From an uncultured delta proteobacterium (GTDB lineage Bacteria; Myxococcota; UBA727; VGSZ01), in the NCBI GenBank assembly GCA_963775425.1, contig CAVZJB010000011.1, forward strand, positions 544,001 to 608,000: a stretch of 64,000 nt of DNA, read 5' to 3'. Of the stretch, positions 18,718 to 29,400 are shown piece by piece (the first letter of the stretch is position 1; each line of letters starts with the position of its first letter). The notes beneath the pieces were generated by a model. It saw only the letters and a list, made by a program, of their open reading frames with translations, searched no databases and had not been told where the DNA came from. The translations under genes were made by a program, and so were the position numbers.

Positions 18718-19113
18718 ATGACGAGCACGAACAACACCGGTGCGGGCGCGCGCCCGCTCTTGGCCGCGGAGCGGGTGAGCCCTCGGGCCGCGGAGCAGAT
18801 GGGCCGCTTCCAGGCGGACTTCCTCGCAGAGGTGGAGCACGTCGTCGCCAACAACGAGATCGCCGTGATCGGCATGGCGCAAAACCCCGTCGTAAAGCGC
18901 GCGCGGAAGCTGCTCGACGACGCGGGCCTCTCCTACGGCTACGTCGGTCACGGGAGCTATCTGTCGGGCTACCGCCGCCGGCTCATCGTCAAGCTCTGGT
19001 CGGGCTGGCCGTGGTTCCCGATGGTGTTCGTGAAGGGCACGCTCATCGGCGGCGCCAACGACGTCGCCGCGGAGCTCGCCGACGGCACGCTGCGGACACG
19101 CCTGGGCCGGTGA
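18718..19113 (+). CDS. Cysteine-less glutaredoxin-like protein
   Basis: WSGWPWFPMVFVKGTLIGG glutaredoxin signature; QNPVV in place of CxxC/S. Confidence 0.75.
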   Translation: MTSTNNTGAGARPLLAAERVSPRAAEQMGRFQADFLAEVEHVVANNEIAVIGMAQNPVVKRARKLLDDAGLSYGYVGHGSYLSGYRRRLIVKLWSGWPWFPMVFVKGTLIGGANDVAAELADGTLRTRLGR

Positions 19114-19218
19114 CGGCGGCGTCGGCGTCGCCGCGCACGCAATTTTTCCCGTCGCACAATCACGCTCGCAATTTCGCCGGCCGCACCATTTCTGCTCCAA
19201 GCAGCGCTACCATTCGGC

Positions 19219-20646
19219 ATGCCCGCCTGGTGGCTCGCCCTCGTCGTGCTCGCCGTCTCCGAACACCCGCCGGCCCCCGCGCCCCCGGCCGAGGCGCCCG
19301 CCCCGCCCGCCCCGCCCGCCCCGGAGGCGGCGCCAGCGCCCGATGCGTCGTCGAAGGCCATCCTCGTGCCCGCGCCGTTCGGCGCGCCCGCCGAGGAGAC
19401 CGCCGCCGCGCAGCGCGCGCTCGTGGCCGCGTTGCGCGCCGAGATCGGAGAGCGCGTCCTCGACGTCAAGAGCGTCATCGACGCGCAGCTCGCCGCCTCC
19501 ATCACCGCCTCCGATCTCGCCCTGTCGCGCAAGGCCAGGCGCAAGGAGCGCACGCCGCCGCCGCGCGGGCTCGCGCGCTTGATGGAGCAGGCGCACGCGT
19601 CGAGCGCGCTGCTCGTCGACGTGCGCGACACCGAGACCGTGGTCTACATCTTCATCGGCGGCCGCGGCCCGGCGGCGCCCATCGTGCGCCTCAAGAGAAA
19701 GAAGCGCGACCCCCTCGACGACGCGTGGGCGCAGCGCATCGCCAGGACCGTCAAGGCGCGCGCGGGCGACGCGCTGCAGGCGTTCGAATTCGAGATCGAC
19801 GTCGCCGGCGCGGAGGTCGAAGACGAAGCCCCCGCGGCGGACGCCGACATCAAGGCCGAGATGGCCGCGGAGCGCGCCGAGGAGGCGGCGCGGCTCGCGC
19901 GCCTCGCCGAGGAGAAGCGGCGGCGCGAGCAGGGCGAGCCTTTCGTGTCCGCGCTCCTCTCGGGCGGCGGCGCCCTGCGCTTCCTCGACGAGAGCGGGCC
20001 GGGCGCGGCGTCGCTCGCGCCCTTTCAAAACGGCCTCGTGCCCACCGCGGGCGTGTACGCGTCCTTGAGCCCGCTGCGCGCGCTCGTGCCGTCGCTGCGG
20101 TCGTCGCCGTACACCGACGTCACCGTGGAGGCCGCGTACCGCCGCGGCATCTGGGACGTCAAAGACGCCGCCGGCAAGTCCTGCGGCTACGACGACGACG
20201 ACGCGTTCTTCCGCGCGGGGTGGCGGGCCGCGTTCGTCGACAACCCGTGGGTCCCGAAGGTGGGCGCCGTCGCCGGCGTCGGCATCGAGCGCGTGCAGTT
20301 CGGCTGCGCGCTCCCCGTGCCGAGCACGCAGTACCAAAACGTCGCCGCCGGCGTCCGCGTCACGCAGCCGCTCCTGCCGCGCGCCGAGGACAACACCGGC
20401 TCCCCCCTCGAGCTCGACCTGCTCGCCGGCGGCCGCGGCGTGCTGCTCGCGCCCGACGAGGGATCCTTCTCGGCGGGCGCGTGGGGCGAGGGCTTCCTCG
20501 TCGCGCGCCCCTTTTCGTTCACCGAGGCGCGCGCCGGCGTCCGCTACGCGTCGGCGCACACCGACGTCCGGGAGGCCGGCGCAGTGGCGCTCGCCCTCGA
20601 CGACGCGCGCCTGTCCATCGAGCTTCAGGTCGGAGTGGTGTTTTGA
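19219..20646 (+). CDS. Secreted protein with probable C-terminal beta-barrel
   Basis: Hydrophobic N-terminus, Pro-rich linker, amphipathic strands, C-terminal IELQVGVVF. Confidence 0.6.
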   Translation: MPAWWLALVVLAVSEHPPAPAPPAEAPAPPAPPAPEAAPAPDASSKAILVPAPFGAPAEETAAAQRALVAALRAEIGERVLDVKSVIDAQLAASITASDLALSRKARRKERTPPPRGLARLMEQAHASSALLVDVRDTETVVYIFIGGRGPAAPIVRLKRKKRDPLDDAWAQRIARTVKARAGDALQAFEFEIDVAGAEVEDEAPAADADIKAEMAAERAEEAARLARLAEEKRRREQGEPFVSALLSGGGALRFLDESGPGAASLAPFQNGLVPTAGVYASLSPLRALVPSLRSSPYTDVTVEAAYRRGIWDVKDAAGKSCGYDDDDAFFRAGWRAAFVDNPWVPKVGAVAGVGIERVQFGCALPVPSTQYQNVAAGVRVTQPLLPRAEDNTGSPLELDLLAGGRGVLLAPDEGSFSAGAWGEGFLVARPFSFTEARAGVRYASAHTDVREAGAVALALDDARLSIELQVGVVF

Positions 20647-23600
20647 TGACGAGATCGCATTCGCGCCCCTCCGCCCTCCTGTGCGCCGCCGTCGTCCTCG
20701 CTGCGCTCGCGCCCGCTCGCGCGGCGTGGGCGGTGTGCGACACCGCGAACTTCCAGAACCCCGAGAACGACTGCGACAACGACGGGCAGACGGTGGGCCA
20801 GGGCGACTGCCTCGACTGCGACATCGACGGCCTCTTCGCCAACATCCCCGACTGCGGCGTGGACCCGCACCCCGGAACGCAGGACTTCGCCGACCCGCGC
20901 ACCGTGCAGCTCGGCGCCGCCGAGATCTGCGACGGCTTCGACAACAACTGCAACGCGCAAGCCGACGAGGGCTTCGACGTCGACGGCGACGGCTTCACCA
21001 GTTGCGGCGGCGACTGCAACGACGGCGACGGCACCATCCACCCGGGCGCCACCGAGCAGTGCGACGGCGTCGACCAGGACTGTGACGGCGTCCCCGACCA
21101 AAACGAGAACATCACGCGCGCCTGCTACGACGGCCCCGGCGGCACCAACGGCGTGGGCGTCTGCCACGGCGGCACGCAGACCTGCACCGGCGCCACGTTC
21201 GGCGCGTGCAACGGCGAGGTGGTCCCGAGCGCCGAGGTCTGCAACGGCCTCGACGACGACTGCAAAAACGGCGCGGACGACGGGCTGATCGTCGACGTCG
21301 ACGGCGACGGCGCGCGCGCCTGCGGGAGCTGCGGCGCGCCGGCGGCGCCCAACTGCGACTGCAACGACGGAAACGGCGCCGTGCACCCCGGCGCCACCGA
21401 GCACTGCGACGGCGTCGACGAGGACTGCGACGGCGTCCTCGACCAGAACGAGAACATCACCCGGCAGTGCTACGACAACTTCCTGCCCGCCGGCGGCACG
21501 GCCGGCGTGGGCGCGTGCTCGTTCGGCACGCAGAGCTGCACGGGGGCGTCGTTCGGCACCTGCACCGGTGACGGCACGGGTGCGTCGGACACCGAGAGCT
21601 GCAACAACATCGACGACAACTGCAACGGCAGCACCGACGAAGGGCTCATCGTCGACGTCGACGGCGACGGCTCGCGCGCGTGCGGCACCTGTGGCGCTCC
21701 CGCAGCGCCGAACTGCGACTGCAACGACGGCGACGGCGCCGTGCACCCCGGGCGAGGCGAGGTGTGTAACGGCGTCGACGACAACTGCAACGGGCTCACG
21801 GACGAGCGGAACGCCGCCGGCGACCCGCTGCAGCAGTCCTGCTACGACGGCCCCGGCGGCACGCGCAACGTGGGCGTGTGCCGCGGCGGACAACAGCAGT
21901 GCCTCGGCGGCGCCTTCGCCGGCAACCCGTGCAACGGCGAGGTCCTCCCGAGCGCCGAGATCTGCGACGGCCTCGACAACGACTGCGTGAACGGCGCCGA
22001 CGACGGCCTCATCACCGACGTCGACGGCGACGGCGTCCCCGCGTGCACGTCCGCGTGCCTCCTGCCGCCCTTCTCCGCCAGCAACTGCGACTGCGACGAC
22101 GGCGACCCCAACAACGCCCCCGGAAGAAACGAGGTGTGCGACGGCCAGGACAACAACTGCAACGGCGTCATCGACGAGGGCTTCGACAACGACGGCGACG
22201 GGTTCTTGAGCTGCGCCTTCTGCTCCACGTCTCCGTGCGACTGCAACGACAACGACAACACCATCTTCCCGAACGCGCCCGAGGACTGCGGGCCCGTGGA
22301 CAAGGACTGCGACGGCATCCGCTTCCCGGCGGGCACCGACCTCGACGGCGACGGCGTCCCCGGGCAGACGCCGTGCAACCAGGACTGCAACGACGACCCG
22401 AACGCCTTCGGCCAGTTCCAGCACCCCGCCTACGGCCCCATCGCCGCGCTCACCGACGTCTGCGACGGCCTCGACAACGACTGCAACGGCACCGTCGACC
22501 ACGCCGCCAACGGCAACATCATCTCGCGCTCCTGCTACGACGGCCCCGGCGGCACCGCCGGCGTGGGCACGTGCCGCGCGGGCACGCAGACGTGCAACGC
22601 CGTGCCCGGCAGCCACGTCTCGAGCTTCTCGGCGTGCACCGGCGAGGTCTTGCCGAGCAACGATCCCGCGTTGCCGGAGACCACGTGCAACGGCGCCGAC
22701 GACGACTGTGACACCAAGGTGGACGACGGCTTCGACGAGGACGTCGATGGCTTCACCACCTGCAACGGCGACTGCAACGACAACGACGCCACCGTGCACC
22801 CGAACGCCACGGAGCTGTGCGACGCCATCGACCAGAACTGCAACGGCAATCTCACCGACGTGCCTCCCGTGGTGTGCTTCGACGGACAAAACGTCACGCC
22901 CGACACGTTCACCGGCGTCTGCCCGGGGCCGGGCTGCACGCCGAACCCGCCGTGCCACGCGGGCGTGCAGACCTGCCTGCCCGACGGGACGCTCAGCGCC
23001 TGCGGCGGAGATCTGGTGTTGCCCGCCAACGATCCCGCCGGGCCGGAGGCGCAGTGCAACCAGATCGACGACGACTGCGACGGCGTCGTCGACGACGGCG
23101 ACTTCGATCAGGACGGCGACGGCTTCAAGGTGTGCGACGGCGACTGCAACGACAACAACGCCGACATCCACCCGGGCGCGCTCGAGATCTGCGACGACGT
23201 CGACAACGACTGCGACGGCAACATCGACGGCGATCAGACCCAGTGCTACTCGGGCCCGCCCGACACCGTCGGCGTCGGCCTGTGCGTCGCCGGCACCTCG
23301 CAGTGCGTCGCGGGCGTGCCGAGCGGCGACTGCGCCGGCGAGGTGGTGCCCGCCGCGGAGGAGTGCGACCTGCTCGACAACGACTGCGACGGCCTCGTCG
23401 ACGAAGACTTCGACAACGACGGCGACGGCTTCCCGGACTGCGCGCTGTGCCCGTCGCTCACGCCCGCGCAGTGCGACTGCGACGACAACGACCCGTTCAA
23501 CAACCCGGGCGCCACCGAGGTGTGTGACTGCCAGGACAACAACTGCGACGGCAACACCGACGAGGGCGGCGTGTGCACCGGCGCGCCGTGCCACGACTTC

Positions 23601-26486
23601 GACGGCGACGGCGTCACCAACTGCCAGGGCGACTGCAACGACAGGAACCCGGCGGTGGGGCCGAACCGGCCGGAGATCTTCGGCAACGGCATCGACGACG
23701 ACTGCGACGGCCAGGTGGACGAGGACACCGACGAGGACGGCGACGGGTACACCACGTCGCAGGGCGACTGCGACGACCGCTTCGCGGAGATCAACCCGGG
23801 CGCGGTGGAGGTGTGCGACGGCTTCGACAACAACTGCGACGGCAACGTCGACGAGGGCTTCGATCAAGACGGCGACGGCGCGCGCACGTGCACCGGCGAC
23901 TGCGACGACAACAACCCGGCGGTGAGCCCGTTCCGCGCGGAGATCTGCGGCAACGGCATCGACGACAACTGCGACGGGCAGATCGACGAGGACACGGACA
24001 ACGACGGCGACGGCGTCACCACGTGCGAGGGCGACTGCAACGACTACAACGCCGCGGTGCACCCGGCCTTCGGCGACATCGAGGCGGCGCCCGAGGTGTG
24101 CGACGGGCAGTCCAACGACTGCAGCGGGCCGCCCGACGAGGGCTTCGATCAGGACGGCGACGGCGTGCCCACCTGCTTCGGCGACTGCAACGACAGCGAC
24201 CCGAACATCTCGCCGCTGCTCCTCGAGATCCCGGGCAACGGCGTCGACGACAACTGCGACGGGCAGATCGACGAGGTCGACCGCGACGACGACGGCGACG
24301 GCTTCACCGGCGCCTGCGGCGACTGCAACGACGCCAACGCCTCGGTGAACCCGCACGCGGCGGAGCTGTGCGATCGCATCGACAACAACTGCGACGCGCT
24401 GGTGGACGCGCTGCCGGACAACCCGGCGCTGTGCTCGGTGTGCTTCGACAACGACGGCGACGGCTTCACCAACTGCGACGGCGACTGCGACGACACAGAC
24501 CCCGAGGTGTTCCCGGGCGCGGTCGAGATCTGCAACCAGAAGGACGACGACTGCGACCGCCGCGTGGACCTCAGCGCGGACGGCCTCCGCGTCTGCGGCG
24601 GCGACGACGACGCCGGCGTGCCCGACGACGCGGGTGCGCCGGACGCGGGCGCCGCCGACGCCGACGCGGGCCCCGTCGCCCAGGGGCCGGCTCCGCTTTC
24701 GCCCGTGACGGTCGGCTGCACCTGCGGCCTCGCCGGGCCCGCGAGCCCCGGCGACGCCGCGGCTTCCATGCTCCCGTTCGCCGCGCTCTTCGCGCTCCTT
24801 GCCCTGTGGCGCCGCGGTCCGCGCGCGCCCCGCCGGGCGCTCATCGTCGCGCCGGCGGCCTGGGACAACCCGGTGGCGCGCGCCAAAGGCGCTTCGCTCC
24901 CGGTCGCGCTCGCGGTGATCGCCGGCTTCGGCGCCTGCCAGTGCGACGGCGTGCGCGTGCCCAAGGGCGTCGATCTCACGCCCGCGGCCGAGGGCGAGGG
25001 CGACGGCGGCGAGGGGGAGGGCGAGGGCGAAGGCGAGGGCAATCCGAGCTGCGTCCCCGATCCCGCCGTGGCCGTCGAGACCCTCGACGTCCCCGGGGCG
25101 CGGACGCCGTTCGCCCTGCCGCGGCACGTCGACGCCACGTTCCTCGCGAACACCGCGGGCATCGCGCTCGACTCCGACGCCGACGTCGAGGCCGTCGTCT
25201 TGACGCGGCCGCTGCCGCCGGGCGTCGACGCCACCGACGCCGGCGCCGCCGACGTCATCCTCTCCGACGACTCCTCCGCCCTCGACGCGCTGCCGGGCTC
25301 ACCGGTGGTGTCCTCGCGCGTGCAGCTCAGCGAGCGCTCGTTCCTCACGCGTGAGGACCAGCTCCCGAGCGCGCAGGCGCTCTACCGCGTGCAGCTCGCG
25401 GGCCCCACCACGGCGGCGCAGGTGCGAAACCGCGCGGCGCAGGCCCTGGCCGACGCCGCGCCCGGCGCGCTGAACGACCTGCCGGCGCCGCGCCAGACCT
25501 CGCTGTTCACGTCGGAGATGCAGATGGCGGTCTTCGTCCGCGTCGTCGACGACGTCAGCGTCACCGTCATCGCGTTCACGCCGCAGGAGCTCGGCACGCA
25601 GAACGGCCCGCTCCTCGGTGACCTCACGAACGGCACGCACGTCGGCCCGCCCGGCGCCATCCTCGACGTCAACTGCGAGGAGAAGCAGTTCCCGGTCTTG
25701 AAGTCCGACTTCGTCTTCGTGGTCGACAACTCCGGCTCCATGCAGGAGGAGCAGCAGGGCCTCGCCAACGCCGCCGACGAGTTCTACGCCGCGCTCGTCA
25801 ATTCCGGGCTCGACGCGCGGCTCGGCGTGGTCACCACCGACAGCGACGTGCTTCGCGGCGCCGGCTTCACCAACGACCCGAGCGTGTTCCGCCAGGACGT
25901 GCAGGTGGGCATCGACGGCAACGGCCTCGAGATGGGCCTCGAGTTCGCCGCGCGCGCCGTCACCCTCGCCGACGACAACGCCGACGACGCCCGCCGCTTC
26001 CGCGACGACGCGGCCAAGGTCGTCATCATCATCAGCGACGAGGAGGCCAGCGACCTGCGCACCATCCCGGAGTACGTGGACTTCTTCACGTCCGAGGGCG
26101 CCATCGTCTACGCCATCGTCGGTCCGCGCCCCGTCGGCTGCGTGTTCGTCGGCCTCGGCGCCGCGCAGCTCGGCGAGCACTACATCGAGGTGGCGCAGGC
26201 CACCGGCGGCTCGTCGGCGAGCATCTGCAACCCCAACCTCGCCGAGACCATCGCCGACATCCTCGTCGGCGCCGCCGGCGCGGCCAGCCGCTCGCCGCTC
26301 GAGCGCACGCCAATCTCCTCGTCGCTGCACGTCGACGTGGAGGGCGCGCCCGTCGACCGCTCCCGCACCGACGGCTTCGACTACGAGGCCACCTCCAACA
26401 CGGTGCTGTTCTTCGGCTCGCGCCCGCCCGAAGGCACGCCCGTGGAGATCAGCTACCAGTTCTTCAACGTCGTCGAGAACGGCTAG
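20646..26486 (+). CDS. Giant MopE-type Cys/Asp repeat surface protein with internal MYXO-CTERM-like segment and C-terminal vWA domain
   Basis: Signal peptide; many DxDGDG..DCND..PGA.E.CDG.DNNC repeats; GCTC..FAALFALLALWRR; VVDNSGSM (25725); TGATG overlap with upstream gene. Confidence 0.85.
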   Translation: MTRSHSRPSALLCAAVVLAALAPARAAWAVCDTANFQNPENDCDNDGQTVGQGDCLDCDIDGLFANIPDCGVDPHPGTQDFADPRTVQLGAAEICDGFDNNCNAQADEGFDVDGDGFTSCGGDCNDGDGTIHPGATEQCDGVDQDCDGVPDQNENITRACYDGPGGTNGVGVCHGGTQTCTGATFGACNGEVVPSAEVCNGLDDDCKNGADDGLIVDVDGDGARACGSCGAPAAPNCDCNDGNGAVHPGATEHCDGVDEDCDGVLDQNENITRQCYDNFLPAGGTAGVGACSFGTQSCTGASFGTCTGDGTGASDTESCNNIDDNCNGSTDEGLIVDVDGDGSRACGTCGAPAAPNCDCNDGDGAVHPGRGEVCNGVDDNCNGLTDERNAAGDPLQQSCYDGPGGTRNVGVCRGGQQQCLGGAFAGNPCNGEVLPSAEICDGLDNDCVNGADDGLITDVDGDGVPACTSACLLPPFSASNCDCDDGDPNNAPGRNEVCDGQDNNCNGVIDEGFDNDGDGFLSCAFCSTSPCDCNDNDNTIFPNAPEDCGPVDKDCDGIRFPAGTDLDGDGVPGQTPCNQDCNDDPNAFGQFQHPAYGPIAALTDVCDGLDNDCNGTVDHAANGNIISRSCYDGPGGTAGVGTCRAGTQTCNAVPGSHVSSFSACTGEVLPSNDPALPETTCNGADDDCDTKVDDGFDEDVDGFTTCNGDCNDNDATVHPNATELCDAIDQNCNGNLTDVPPVVCFDGQNVTPDTFTGVCPGPGCTPNPPCHAGVQTCLPDGTLSACGGDLVLPANDPAGPEAQCNQIDDDCDGVVDDGDFDQDGDGFKVCDGDCNDNNADIHPGALEICDDVDNDCDGNIDGDQTQCYSGPPDTVGVGLCVAGTSQCVAGVPSGDCAGEVVPAAEECDLLDNDCDGLVDEDFDNDGDGFPDCALCPSLTPAQCDCDDNDPFNNPGATEVCDCQDNNCDGNTDEGGVCTGAPCHDFDGDGVTNCQGDCNDRNPAVGPNRPEIFGNGIDDDCDGQVDEDTDEDGDGYTTSQGDCDDRFAEINPGAVEVCDGFDNNCDGNVDEGFDQDGDGARTCTGDCDDNNPAVSPFRAEICGNGIDDNCDGQIDEDTDNDGDGVTTCEGDCNDYNAAVHPAFGDIEAAPEVCDGQSNDCSGPPDEGFDQDGDGVPTCFGDCNDSDPNISPLLLEIPGNGVDDNCDGQIDEVDRDDDGDGFTGACGDCNDANASVNPHAAELCDRIDNNCDALVDALPDNPALCSVCFDNDGDGFTNCDGDCDDTDPEVFPGAVEICNQKDDDCDRRVDLSADGLRVCGGDDDAGVPDDAGAPDAGAADADAGPVAQGPAPLSPVTVGCTCGLAGPASPGDAAASMLPFAALFALLALWRRGPRAPRRALIVAPAAWDNPVARAKGASLPVALAVIAGFGACQCDGVRVPKGVDLTPAAEGEGDGGEGEGEGEGEGNPSCVPDPAVAVETLDVPGARTPFALPRHVDATFLANTAGIALDSDADVEAVVLTRPLPPGVDATDAGAADVILSDDSSALDALPGSPVVSSRVQLSERSFLTREDQLPSAQALYRVQLAGPTTAAQVRNRAAQALADAAPGALNDLPAPRQTSLFTSEMQMAVFVRVVDDVSVTVIAFTPQELGTQNGPLLGDLTNGTHVGPPGAILDVNCEEKQFPVLKSDFVFVVDNSGSMQEEQQGLANAADEFYAALVNSGLDARLGVVTTDSDVLRGAGFTNDPSVFRQDVQVGIDGNGLEMGLEFAARAVTLADDNADDARRFRDDAAKVVIIISDEEASDLRTIPEYVDFFTSEGAIVYAIVGPRPVGCVFVGLGAAQLGEHYIEVAQATGGSSASICNPNLAETIADILVGAAGAASRSPLERTPISSSLHVDVEGAPVDRSRTDGFDYEATSNTVLFFGSRPPEGTPVEISYQFFNVVENG

Positions 26487-26490
26487 CGGC

Positions 26491-29400
26491 TCAGAACTCC
26501 CAGCGGTACCAGACGTCGCCGCCGAGGTCGCCCCACTGGTTGGTGCAGGAGGGGCACGTGCCCGTGTCCTCCGACGACCAGCTCAGGCGCAGGCGCACGT
26601 TGCTGTCGAAGCGCTTCTCCCACTCGACGCGCTGCTCGGTGCCCGAGCCGGTGGTGTCGACGAGCGTGCTCTGCAGACGCAGCCGCGACCCGTCGATGCC
26701 CCACAGCCCCGGGTTCACCTCCATGCCGAGCGCCACCGCCGGGACGCTCGCGCCCGCGCGCGCCGAGAATTGCGACGTCAGCCGCAGCTCGTCGAGGTTC
26801 AACGCGCTCGACTTGCGCACGGCCTCGGGGAGGACGCGCCTGAGCTCCTTGTCGAGCCCCGTGTAGGCGCTCACCACCTCGAGGCCCGCGGCGCCCGCGC
26901 TGCCGCCGGCGTCGCGCACCTCGAACTGCGTGAAGCCGAAGGTCAACAGCGACACGATGTCGATCTCCGACAGCTCCGGCCGCGAGCTCAGATCGATCTT
27001 GGGCGCCTGCGCCGGCCCCCCGAGGTGCGCGGTGACGTCGTAGTCGTGCACCGTGGTCTCCGCCTCCACGTCGAGGATGGGCATCACCCGATAGGTGTCC
27101 ACGAAGTCCACCGTGCCGCGCGCGAGCCGGTAGCGGTTGCCGCGGAAGGTGGCGTTGCCGCGGATGAGCTGCACGCCGCCCTTCAGGCCCGGCCGCTCGT
27201 CGGTGCCCGTGAGGAACAGGTCGCCCTTGGCCTCGAGGTCGAGCACGTTGTTTTCGACGACGAGGCCGCGGTCGGCGATGAGGTGGACGTCGAAGCGGAC
27301 GTCCTCGTCGTCGGTGTCGAGGCTCTGCAACGCGCTCCCGCGCCGTCGCAGATCGGGCAGCAGGCGCTCCCAGTTGATGTCCTCGGTGTAGCGCGCCGAG
27401 TGCACGCGCACGTCGCCGGTGAGCGTGGGCAGCGCCGCGTCGCCCTTCAGCGTCAGCCGGCCCGAGGAGACGCTCTCGATGCTCGACGGCACGTGGAGCT
27501 TCAAGCGGTCGTAGCGCAGGTCCAGGTCGTAGAAGCTCGGCTTCACGCCGTCGAGCGTGATGGCTCCCTGCCCGTGGATGGGGGCGCCGTCGGCGCGGGC
27601 GGTGGCCCGCTCCACGACGATGTTGGGCCCGCGAAACGCGATCTGCGCGTCGATGTCGTCGAGCTCGGGGAACGGCCCGTCGAGCGTGAGCTTGCCGCTT
27701 TGTACCAGGCCCTGGCCCGACATGGCGGCGTGGTCGAGGTCGCCGGTGACGGCGATGTCGAAGCTGAAGCGCCCGTCGGCGCTCCTGGCGCGCGACCACA
27801 CCCGCGGCAGGAGCGCGAGCCCGCCGTTGCCGGAGACGGCGAGGTCGAGGGCGTCGTCGGACAACAGCCCGCGCACGCTCACCCGATCGGGCTCCACCGC
27901 CGAGGGCGACGAGCCGTGCGCGGCGCCCGGGGGGGGCGCGCTCGACAAATCGAGGAGGTCGAAGGTGACGCGGGTGCCGTGGAAGTGCGCCGCGACGTCG
28001 CCGCGCGAGGCGAGCTTCAAGCCGCGCGCTTCGACCTTCATGGTCTTGAGCGCCAGGGTGCCGCGGCTGTCGCGGAAGGTCTTGAGCGCGCCGCGGGCGT
28101 CGACGTCGCCGCCGACGACGACGTTCACCGAGGCCGGCAGCAGGTCTTTGGGGAGCAGCGGCGCGAGCGCGCCGTCGCTCACCGCCACCGTGGCGTCGTA
28201 GTTGAACGGCGAGCGCGTCTCGACGTGGACGACGCCGTCGCCGCGCCCCGACAGCACCTTGCCGGTGAGCGTGAGCACGCGGCCCTTGTGGTCGAGGGCG
28301 ACGTCGGCGTCGCCGATGGGGACGGTGCCGTAGCCCGCGTCGTGCACCACCGCGCGCCCCACGAGCCCGGGGTCGTGCGCGCTCCTGCCGAGCTTGCCGT
28401 CGACGTCGAAGGTGCCGTGGAACGGCTTGGCCGCGTCCTTGAGCGCGTCGATGTCCGCGAGCGGGACGCCATGCACGGAGACCTCGCCGTCGAGGTCGGC
28501 GTCGGCGCGGCCGACGCTGGCGACGACGTGGCCCTTGCCCTTGGCGGCGGCGGCGGCGGGGCCGACGGCGACGTCGAGCTTGTCGATGACGAAGCGGTCG
28601 AGGTCCATGTGGAACGCGCCGCTGCCGGTGAGGTGCTGATCGAGGAGCGAGGCGCCGTCGAGGATGTCGAGGTTCCCCTCGCCCTTCATGTGATCGAAGG
28701 TGCCGTCGCCGACGGCGCCCTGCGCGACCATCCTGCCGCGGACGGGGCCGGCGAGGTCGAGGTCCTCGCGCAGGAAGTCGAGGACGCCCGTGGTGTAGCG
28801 CGCCGGGATCACCGCGCGCAGGTCCTGGGCCTGCGCCGGATCGAACGCGATGTCGACGGCGAGGTTGGGCGTCTCCTGAACCACGCCCCGCTCGTCGGCC
28901 TTGGGCGTGAAGTTGAGCGCCACGGTGCCACCGTAGCGGGAGCGGCCGTTCTTGACGGCGACGACGTCCTCGAAGCGCAGGTCGTCCTTGAACAGGTGCA
29001 CGCGCCCGGTGGCGTCGCCGAACGCGAAGTCCTCGAGGCCGAAGCCGCCGATCTCGAGCTCGGCGGTGAGCACCGGGCCCGACTGCGGCCCCTCGACGTG
29101 CATGTGCCCGCGGCCCACCCCGGTGAAGGCCAGGTGCGAGATGCGGTTGTCGATGCTCCTGAAGTCGGCCTGGTCGCTGTCGGCGTCGATGACGAGGCCC
29201 TTGTTCACGTCGTAATAGACCTGGAAGAACCCCGAGGCGCGCGTGAAGCCGTCGTCGATGGAGCCGTCGAAGCGCAGGCCCTGCTCGTCGACGCGGATGC
29301 CCACGTCGCGCCCCTGCACGGGCCGGGGCACCTCGATGACGATGCGGTCCTGGGGCGCTTTGCGGACGTCCATCGACGCCACGAGGATGTCGGTGAAGGT

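Noticed and set aside
18642-20645. 5' extension of the 2614-aa ORF
   Set aside because: Arg-rich off-frame translation overlapping two real genes; the signal peptide starts at 20646
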